Below are positions 55,687 to 62,606 of a DNA stretch of 64,000 nt, in pieces. How positions within the stretch are numbered: position 1 is the first letter of the stretch; the number at the start of each line of letters is the position of its first letter. The stretch is taken from IMG/VR virus record IMGVR_UViG_3300048780_000186, one strand, 5' to 3'. Source of the stretch: an uncultured virus (IMG/VR IMGVR_UViG_3300048780_000186) (lineage: Duplodnaviria; Heunggongvirae; Uroviricota; Caudoviricetes). Under the pieces are notes generated by a model that saw nothing but the letters and a program-made list of their open reading frames with translations, searched no databases and was not told the DNA's origin. Position numbers and translations under genes: made by a program.

Positions 55687-55838
55687 AGCCAGGGCCGGTG
55701 TGAACAACAATCCCGCTAGCAAGGCGTTCAACGGTCACTCCGTTTATCCACTTAACTCAGCCATCTCTAGGCGACTGCTATCGCCTTACAGATCTGGCGT
55801 AGGACTCCCTTCCCACTGGGTCTGCTCCTGCCCTGGCT
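55687..55838 (-). ncRNA. candidate rod-like ncRNA (6S-like shape)
   Basis: Terminal AGCCAGGGC/GCCCTGGCT, apical AGGCGA/TCGCCT and GCCA..TCT/AGATGGC. Confidence 0.5.
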
Positions 55839-55846
55839 ATTGAAAA

Positions 55847-55939
55847 TGGCCCGTCACGATTTGGATTTCAAATCCACAACCGGGAAAGGTCGCCAAAACC
55901 GCATAACAACAAAGAGCGATTTTGGCCTCGCGCGAGGCC
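55847..55939 (-). ncRNA. candidate small RNA complementary to tmRNA 5' end
   Basis: 11-bp stem 55892-55926, hairpin 55862-55876, 3' tail complementary to 58696-58710. Confidence 0.4.
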
Positions 55940-55958
55940 TTCTCCCTATTTCTGAAGT

Positions 55959-56045
55959 TGGTGCAGATGAAGAGACTCGAACTCATACGCCCTTACGGGC
56001 ACCAGCACCTCAAGCTGGCGTGTCTGCCAATTCCACCACATCTGC
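55959..56045 (-). tRNA. tRNA-Leu(GAG)
   Basis: Full cloverleaf, loop TTGAGGT, long variable arm, encoded CCA. Confidence 0.92.
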
Positions 56046-56054
56046 GCTACACGG

Positions 56055-56128
56055 TGGCTGGCGGTCAGGGATTCGAACCCCGATAAGCGCCTCCAAAGGG
56101 CACTATCCTACCGTTAGATGAACCGCCA
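56055..56128 (-). tRNA. tRNA-Gln(TTG)
   Basis: Full cloverleaf, loop CTTTGGA, encoded CCA. Confidence 0.92.
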
Positions 56129-56132
56129 GTAG

Positions 56133-56621
56133 TTAAGCTGCTTCCGAGGTTACTGCGGCCGTTTCATCTTCCAAAGGTTCGGGAATGACTGCAGGCTCAT
56201 CCCCTTCCTTGTAGTAGATGGAATGAGGTTTGCCATCTTCGACTGGAAGACGATAACCGATAAGGTTTGGCATCCCAACGTAAGGTGGACAAGCCCGAAC
56301 GGTGCCTTGAACTGCCGTGAGGCGATAGCGAGTACCATCTGATGTCTGAATCAGTTGGCCTGCTTCGTAAGGGCTCTCCATTGCGATCGCGTGGTTGCGC
56401 TGCTCGATTGCTCTTGCAAGTTCAAACTGTCGTGTTTGCACACGTTTTACCAGCTCGGCGGCCGTGGTCGCCGGCATGTTGGCCTGCATTCGAGGATCGT
56501 TGTCCGGCCAGCAAATGTCGATGATGGAGTCCAAATGCCTGTCCTGATGGGTGTGGTCTTTGTCGCACCGCGCGACACAACCGTCGTCCAGACGAATCCA
56601 CTTCGCACAGATGAAACCCAT
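56133..56621 (-). CDS. hypothetical protein
   Basis: 162 aa, N-terminal C..C...H...H. Confidence 0.6.
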   Translation of the reverse strand: MGFICAKWIRLDDGCVARCDKDHTHQDRHLDSIIDICWPDNDPRMQANMPATTAAELVKRVQTRQFELARAIEQRNHAIAMESPYEAGQLIQTSDGTRYRLTAVQGTVRACPPYVGMPNLIGYRLPVEDGKPHSIYYKEGDEPAVIPEPLEDETAAVTSEAA

Positions 56622-56623
56622 GG

Positions 56624-56815
56624 CTATTCCTGCTCCTCATCTTCTGAGTTGTCGTCTTCCTCTTCGATCTGAGCGGCAACCCATTCCCAATAGCTGCGTC
56701 GAGTGTTGTTCTCATTGACCTCTTGTTGCCAGTCAGTGACTGAATGTGTGGGATGTGAATTCCATTCCCCGTACTTTTCGGCAAGCTCCTCGGCGGACAG
56801 TTCTTTGTCAGGCAT
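56624..56815 (-). CDS. small acidic protein (HP..W..EV..TR..YWEW type)
   Basis: HPTHSVTDWQQEVNENNTRRSYWEW. Confidence 0.65.
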   Translation of the reverse strand: MPDKELSAEELAEKYGEWNSHPTHSVTDWQQEVNENNTRRSYWEWVAAQIEEEDDNSEDEEQE

Positions 56816-57422
56816 AAAGCTCCAGGTGACCGATTACGGCGTCTACATCGGCTTTGCAAACAGGCGTGGTGCAGATGGCAGTCAGGACAGTCTCTTCCGT
56901 TCCATAGAACGGGGGATTGCTGTCGTGGAATGATTGGACCCGATAACGGCAGTTGCCTTCGATTCCGGCGGTTCCCGTCAAGGAGTCCTGAACGAGGGCA
57001 TCCCGAATCATCTTCAGTTCCCGGCTGTTTCGCACGCTGAGCACGATCGTCGTGATTGGCTCAAGAATGGCTTCATCGCCGTTGTTAATGATCTCGCACC
57101 CACGCATGACCGATACGACATGGGCGCACTGCGCCATAAGGCGGCCGGGCTCCATAGGAATCGACCGCGGCGAACTGTCGGGCGGAGTGACCTGAACGGT
57201 TTTTGGAACGATCACATAGATCCGCTCTTCCGAGATCTCCTCAGCTTCAGTCCCTTCGTCCGCATTTGCCGGGGCCGGCACATCTATGTCCGTCACCTGA
57301 TGCTCGAACACGTAGTTGCTCTCGTGGATCGTATCGACCGCTTGCACCAGCAACTGCCGGGTTTCGCCCACATACGGCTTCTCAATGGTCACCTTCAAGG
57401 TGACCTCGCTGAACTCTCTCAT
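56808..57422 (-). CDS. peptidyl-tRNA hydrolase 2 (Pth2)-like protein
   Basis: MEPGRLMAQCAH, TIVLSVRNSREL, FHD...VLTAICTTP...VIGHLELY. Confidence 0.7.
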   Translation of the reverse strand: MREFSEVTLKVTIEKPYVGETRQLLVQAVDTIHESNYVFEHQVTDIDVPAPANADEGTEAEEISEERIYVIVPKTVQVTPPDSSPRSIPMEPGRLMAQCAHVVSVMRGCEIINNGDEAILEPITTIVLSVRNSRELKMIRDALVQDSLTGTAGIEGNCRYRVQSFHDSNPPFYGTEETVLTAICTTPVCKADVDAVIGHLELYA

Positions 57423-57519
57423 CGTTTCTCCGATACAACTGCATCCTATGGAATTGTTGGCTGGAATTGGATAGAGGAAAGCCCCTAAACGTACGAAGGG
57501 CGCCCGAAGGCGCCCCGGC

Positions 57520-57675
57520 TCACGACACATACCCTCGGTATCGAGGCTTGGTCGGTGCATTTTCTAAATCGGCCTTTGCCAGGCGTCGATTCAACTTGGC
57601 ATTGCGCCGCTTGTACGTCTTCCTGATCACTCGGCCCTTCACGGAAGAGTCGAGCTGTTCAATCTTCAGTTTCAT
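57520..57675 (-). CDS. 51-aa basic protein
   Basis: MKLKIEQ...KRRNAKLNRRLAKADLENAPTKPRYRGYVS; GAGG RBS. Confidence 0.55.
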   Translation of the reverse strand: MKLKIEQLDSSVKGRVIRKTYKRRNAKLNRRLAKADLENAPTKPRYRGYVS

Positions 57676-57693
57676 CGCCGCCTCGCACCTTCG

Positions 57694-58317
57694 TCAGACA
57701 CTGACGGAGACCAGCTTGTGGCGAACCGCGTACATGACGAGTTGAACTTTGTTGTGGCACCCGATCTTCTCCATCAAGGTCGACTTATGCACTTCCACGG
57801 TCTTTGCGCTCAAACCGAGGAGGATGGAGATTTCCTTGACGCTGTTTCCCTCGGCGAGCATCTTTAGAACCTCATTCTGTCGAGGAGACAGCCGATGGAA
57901 GCCGGCAGAGTGTTCATGTCCGGTAAATCTGGGCTGAATGGAAAAGTGGGAATCGCCGCGATAGATCTTGGCAATCACTTTCTGCAGCTCATCGAAACCA
58001 CACGTCTTCGTCAGGTAGGCCGAGGCTCCAGCTTCGACTGCATTGAGGATATGCTCTTCTTCGGTTGATCCGGTAAGAAACATCACTTTCAGTGGAAAGT
58101 GAGAAGACTTGGCCCATCGAGCCGCTTCAAATGGATCGGCGCCTGGGATATTCACATCGAGGATGAGAACATCGACCTTCTGGTCGACAGCATGTTCTGC
58201 TGCCTCGCGCGCATCTCCATGATCCCCGATGATTCGGATCGTGGAAGTCTGTTCCATGATCTTGCACAGAATTTCACGGACCAGAACATGGTCGTCCGCC
58301 ATTACACATCGAATCAT
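57694..58317 (-). CDS. NarL/LuxR-family response regulator
   Basis: ADDH, LILDVNIP, FLT, YLTK; LSPRQNEVLKMLAEG...KTVEVHK. Confidence 0.92.
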   Translation of the reverse strand: MIRCVMADDHVLVREILCKIMEQTSTIRIIGDHGDAREAAEHAVDQKVDVLILDVNIPGADPFEAARWAKSSHFPLKVMFLTGSTEEEHILNAVEAGASAYLTKTCGFDELQKVIAKIYRGDSHFSIQPRFTGHEHSAGFHRLSPRQNEVLKMLAEGNSVKEISILLGLSAKTVEVHKSTLMEKIGCHNKVQLVMYAVRHKLVSVSV

Positions 58318-58369
58318 TGGCCTTTTTTCCTCTCAGCTAATATCAGGCCGGAAGATGGCCGTATTGAGG

Positions 58370-58387
58370 ATAGGGGAAAGCCCCTAT
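58370..58387. promoter_or_regulatory. palindromic motif B upstream of response regulator
   Basis: ATAGGGG-AAAG-CCCCTAT. Confidence 0.6.
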
Positions 58388-58444
58388 GAATCTTTTGTGA
58401 CATGGAATACATGATGTTTCTGTATAATGCGCGTCCGGTCTGCT

Positions 58445-58842
58445 GGGCGCCCGAAGGCGCCCTTCTGTTGCCAGGCCAAGCAGACTTGGCCCCGTCTAGT
58501 CTTTCGGACTAGACAGCAGCAAGAACGCCCAGGATGTTCTCCGCGGCCGTGGCCGGTTCGAAGACCTCAAACGTCATGCTGGCGACATACCCAGTGTTGG
58601 CATATATGCGTCTGTGTGTCCTTCTGCCGATCCAGAGATCGACACGGCAGCCACACCACCCGGCTCGTCATCTCTATCCGTCACTGATTCCGTCGAAACC
58701 GTGACGGGCCCACCAAAGCCCTCTCTGACTTACATTCCCCCGAAGTTCGGTGAACTTCAGCTAAAGCATGAGGGCTTTGGTGGACCCGGAGGGAATCGAA
58801 CCCTCGTCCGAAATCGTGAAGACGATCTGTCTTCTCACGAGC
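58445..58842 (-). ncRNA. ssrA: circularly permuted (two-piece) tmRNA gene
   Basis: Acceptor piece about 58842-58778 ends GAGGGTTCGATTCCCTC-CGGGTCC-A-CCA; coding piece starts 58711 GGGCCCGTCACGGTTTCGAC; G3:U70; tag frame 58601-58509; 3' end of coding piece approximate. Confidence 0.9.
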
Positions 58843-58870
58843 GTTATACTCCCCATTTCTGAGGAAACTT

Positions 58871-59241
58871 GATGCGGGAGACTCTCGCCAGTGAGCCTTT
58901 AATCAACTTTGGAGCCGGTTCTTTCCGGAATCTCCACGGCAAGACCCGCATCTGTGGGCACAGTGTCAACGTTTTTATCGTGGTGTGCGTCGCCCACCTG
59001 GTGCCTTGTTCCGTGCCCAATTTGCTTTGGGTGCAGCCAAAGCCTCGTCCGCTGTGTGTCGAAGGTACTTCCGTCTGGGCTACTTTGCGTTTCGAACTGA
59101 ATCTACTTTGCGTTTGGCCTACTCTTGGTTTCCCGTGCACTGGTCAGCCACGAAGTCCTTGCAGTCAACGCCTTTCGGCTCCTGCTCTGACTTCGCCGGC
59201 GGGAATATCAACCCGTCGCCCGCTACCCATCCGCACCCAAA
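58871..59241 (-). ncRNA. candidate structured RNA(s): three tandem closed domains
   Basis: Closing stems 59026-34/59233-41, 58955-61/59013-19 and 58871-78/58945-52. Confidence 0.55.
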
Positions 59242-59246
59242 CTCGA

Positions 59247-59459
59247 TTACTCCGTGTATTTGCGACCGTCGATCGAAACAGAAAGGCCATCGTTCGATGC
59301 GCCTTTCACTATTTCCAATGCGAGTCGGGAATCGTCGGTATAGGCTAAACCTTGAGGATCGGAATCTTGAACGTTATTCCGAACCCAGGCGGCCCCTTCT
59401 TCGCTTCGGCCTTGAATTGAGTAAATCCCAGTACCTGCAACTTCAATGTCGAAATCCAT
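59247..59459 (-). CDS. hypothetical protein
   Basis: MDFDIEVAGTG..., AGGAG RBS. Confidence 0.6.
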   Translation of the reverse strand: MDFDIEVAGTGIYSIQGRSEEGAAWVRNNVQDSDPQGLAYTDDSRLALEIVKGASNDGLSVSIDGRKYTE

Positions 59460-59499
59460 CGTCTTCTCCTGATCCAACCAATTGAGCGATTCCAAACGC

Positions 59500-59805
59500 T
59501 TAGTAAAAGGTTGGAGGCGGCTCCGGCGGAGGCGCCACATAGCCAACCACCTCAGGCCCCATCGCCTGCGGAGCGCCGGGAGATGCTACCGGGGGGCCTG
59601 GATCTGGTACTGTGATTGCCGCTGCCAACCGGGCCAAGCAGTTTTCAGCCAGGTTGTCTTCCACCAGCTCCTCCCGCGAAGGAGGGAGCGCAGATGTGGG
59701 CAGTCCTGGGGCATAGGCGTCCATGGCCAGGTTAAGGAGACCCTGATGGGTCTGCTGCTGGAAGAACTCCCATTCGAGGTCTGTGAATACGACTTGTTTC
59801 CCCAT
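59500..59805 (-). CDS. hypothetical protein
   Basis: 101 aa, GGAG RBS. Confidence 0.55.
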   Translation of the reverse strand: MGKQVVFTDLEWEFFQQQTHQGLLNLAMDAYAPGLPTSALPPSREELVEDNLAENCLARLAAAITVPDPGPPVASPGAPQAMGPEVVGYVAPPPEPPPTFY

Positions 59806-59952
59806 GATTTCTCCAGTGTTCAGTTCAGCAGAGTCTCGCCGACTACGAAAGCTACCGCAGCGGTCACACCTTGGCGTAGATCTTCTCCAGCAGATAGCCG
59901 ATGGACGAATCCAAGGAGAGCGCCACCATTACGGTTGGCAAGAGTTTCGGGT

Positions 59953-60288
59953 TCATTGGACCTTACAGCCTTGCAGCTTCAGGTAGTCACGAATCTCTTG
60001 TTCGCGGGCCTTGGGGACGTGAACAGCCAGAATCGCAACATCCCGGGTTCTCTTCCACCGATTGAAGGCCAGCGCGAAATCAATTGCTTCGCCGTCCTTT
60101 TCGCTTATCAGAACGCCACACTGCTCGAGATCGTACTTTGTCTCTGGCTCAAGAATCCAGATGTCGTCTGTTGCTTCCGGCGGCGGGTTCTGATCGTGGA
60201 ATTCGATTTGGCTGTCGTCGTGGTAGTAGCCCTCCGGCCAATGATGGTCGTAGAACTCCATGATCTCTGCGCCGAGTGCTTTAGCCAT
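59953..60288 (-). CDS. hypothetical protein
   Basis: TAATG coupling. Confidence 0.6.
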   Translation of the reverse strand: MAKALGAEIMEFYDHHWPEGYYHDDSQIEFHDQNPPPEATDDIWILEPETKYDLEQCGVLISEKDGEAIDFALAFNRWKRTRDVAILAVHVPKAREQEIRDYLKLQGCKVQ

Positions 60289-60869
60289 TAGGCCGCAACC
60301 TGTTCCGTCTGCTTTTGAGAGCACTTTGCAGCCCTTGATGTGCTGTTGAGAGCCTTCACCATCGGACGGGTGATCTTGAATCGCCGTTTCGGTGTACGGT
60401 CATATCGAGTGAATCGCTCCACCTTGTCGACCCACACATGATCCTCTGTTGCTCCCCGCGGTTCTACGGCGATGAAGTGGTCTGGCGTGATACTGGTGCA
60501 GGTCACTCGATGTCCGTCCCAGATGAACTGGCGGCCGACAAACATGCGCTCACCCTCGAGGATGAAGGGCTTCCGACCGGCCCATTCTTCGTAGGCCTGG
60601 CAGGCGGAGATGTTGCGAACGTCCACCGCGGCGCTGTAAAACCGCTCGTGTTCACAGCCAAACCAATAACCGCCCCGAAAGTCGTCCATGAGTTTCTTGA
60701 AGTCGCACTTCATAAATCTCATGCCGCTGGTGATCGCAAGCACGACTGCCGAGTGCATGGAATGGTTTAGGCGTTGCCACGCATGTCCGGGTGTGGCCTC
60801 CTGATTCCTGTTCCAAACGTGCTTGCACAGCACGTAGGCAGGGCTCTTGTATTTGGTGGGACGAAGCAT
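60288..60869 (-). CDS. hypothetical protein
   Basis: 193 aa, AAGGAG RBS. Confidence 0.7.
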   Translation of the reverse strand: MLRPTKYKSPAYVLCKHVWNRNQEATPGHAWQRLNHSMHSAVVLAITSGMRFMKCDFKKLMDDFRGGYWFGCEHERFYSAAVDVRNISACQAYEEWAGRKPFILEGERMFVGRQFIWDGHRVTCTSITPDHFIAVEPRGATEDHVWVDKVERFTRYDRTPKRRFKITRPMVKALNSTSRAAKCSQKQTEQVAA

Positions 60870-60943
60870 GGGTCTCCTTGTCTGGCTACAACCAGACTGA
60901 ACTGTGAGCTTGCAAATTGGGATAAGGGAAACTGCTTAGGTTT

Positions 60944-60996
60944 TGGGGGAGATGGCAGGATTTGAACCTGCAATTCCCAGGTCAGTTGCATTTCCC
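60944..60996 (-). other. tRNA minihelix-like element (acceptor stem + T arm only)
   Basis: G-GGAAATG...GCAGG-TTCAAAT-CCTGC-CATCTCC-C-CCA. Confidence 0.55.
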
Positions 60997-61090
60997 CGCA
61001 ACATTATCGCTCGCGGTCACCATGCGTGACCCAGGAAACCGGCGCAAGACCGGCGGGCTATCCGATACAACCGCCCATCATCTCCCACAT

Positions 61091-61435
61091 CTATTCCGGC
61101 AGCTCTTGATCGATCAGCTCTGCCAGCTCTATGTTCCGGGCGCTCGCCGCGCGCAGAAATGCTTTCGATGCTTCTTCCATCTCCAATGCGGCATCGTATT
61201 CCGCATCGCCAGAATCGCCTTCCTTGGCCACGTCGAACTCTTTGATGGTCTTGATCAGGCATTTCGCTTCGTCTAGCATGGAGGTTTCCTCATCATCTGA
61301 AGGGTGTGGCGGAACAAATACATGGCCACAGTTCTGGCACGCTTGGCCGGCCACGACCTCAAGAGGGATTTCCAGACCACAGTCTGGGCAAACACCATCT
61401 TGATAACTGCGAATGATCGAAATGCTATCCGACAT
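61091..61435 (-). CDS. zinc-ribbon hypothetical protein
   Basis: CPDCG...CQNCGH. Confidence 0.65.
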   Translation of the reverse strand: MSDSISIIRSYQDGVCPDCGLEIPLEVVAGQACQNCGHVFVPPHPSDDEETSMLDEAKCLIKTIKEFDVAKEGDSGDAEYDAALEMEEASKAFLRAASARNIELAELIDQELPE

Positions 61436-61443
61436 GTGTGCTC

Positions 61444-62085
61444 CTACTGGGGATCCCAGCCGATCTGTTCGATCACGTCGGTATCGTGATGCTCGTAACC
61501 GCGAAGCTCTGCCTGGCCGACCGTCACCGGGTCTTGTATGCCCATCGTGATTCGTTGGCACAGCCTGTGGGTCAAGACGATTCCGACAGCCACACTCAGA
61601 TTGAAGCAGTGGTAGGCCGGGATCTTGATGAACCGATGGCAGAGCGCGCGGTAGACCTGTGGAATGGAACCATCCTCGGGTCCGAAGAGGTAAACTCCCC
61701 GGTCGGGATGGATGAAGTCGTTCAGTGGTTCTGCGTTCTCTACGACCTCGATCGCCACCGGTGTAATCCCCGGTTCGAACAGGTCGAGAGGCTTATCGCT
61801 GGTGCCCCATTGAACATCGGCATACCCGCGCATGCGTTCTTCCCGCGGCAGCCGGTCATAGTCATGGGGATTGACCCGCTTTCCTGTCCACAGCAGATTG
61901 TCGATTCCCGTGCAGGAACAGGTGCGCAGGACACCACCAACATTGCGGACGTATTTCGGGTTCACCAGAACGACGCCGCTGCCTTGCAGCGGCAGCCGGG
62001 CGCCGTGCTGTAGGCAACGCCTGAGTACCTTCTTGCCTTCAAACAGACATCCGCATTTCTCAGCTCTCAGTGCGTCAGTTGCCAT
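61444..62085 (-). CDS. SpoU/TrmH-family RNA methyltransferase
   Basis: NPK...NVGGVLRT, LFGPEDGSI, FIKIP...CFNLSVAVGIVL. Confidence 0.85.
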   Translation of the reverse strand: MATDALRAEKCGCLFEGKKVLRRCLQHGARLPLQGSGVVLVNPKYVRNVGGVLRTCSCTGIDNLLWTGKRVNPHDYDRLPREERMRGYADVQWGTSDKPLDLFEPGITPVAIEVVENAEPLNDFIHPDRGVYLFGPEDGSIPQVYRALCHRFIKIPAYHCFNLSVAVGIVLTHRLCQRITMGIQDPVTVGQAELRGYEHHDTDVIEQIGWDPQ

Positions 62086-62091
62086 GATTCC

Positions 62092-62532
62092 TCAGTATTG
62101 TGCGAGTGTGATTGCCGTGACATTGAACCGGCGTTTGGCCTTGTCGTAGATGTCGTCCAGATCGAGATCGATGCGTTCGCCGGCGCTGTTGAAGGCCGTT
62201 GCATGCCCGTTGAGGTAGCGCAGCTTTTCACTGCCTATTTGCTCAAAGACAACGATCTGATCGTCCTGAATCAGTTCTGCCAGCTCGGCTACAAGATCGA
62301 CTTCATCATTGTCCTCGTCTGCACCGAGATCGACCGTCGGCCAACCGCCGCTGTCGTTGACAGCGTCATCCGGCGCAACTCCAAACAGCTTTCTGGGATC
62401 TTTGCCGTCGGCCGGTTTCTCTTCCATTTCTTCCCAAACCTCCAGACCGCGCTTGGCTGCCCACGCGCGGAAAGCAGCCTCATCCTTTACCGCAAAGTAG
62501 TTGCTGCGTGCACTGCCGTACCAGTTTGCCAT
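62092..62532 (-). CDS. hypothetical protein
   Basis: MANWYGSARSNYFAVKD...GSEKLRY. Confidence 0.7.
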   Translation of the reverse strand: MANWYGSARSNYFAVKDEAAFRAWAAKRGLEVWEEMEEKPADGKDPRKLFGVAPDDAVNDSGGWPTVDLGADEDNDEVDLVAELAELIQDDQIVVFEQIGSEKLRYLNGHATAFNSAGERIDLDLDDIYDKAKRRFNVTAITLAQY

Positions 62533-62606
62533 GTGGTTCTCTCCTAGTCGCGGTACCGTTTCATCCGGTCCACCACTTGTTCGCGCGTTTCACCTTTCGG
62601 CTGTAT

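Noticed and set aside
58778..58810. tRNA-Ala 3' end or attachment-site remnant
   Set aside because: Better explained as the acceptor piece of a permuted tmRNA, because the matching 5' module and tag frame lie downstream.
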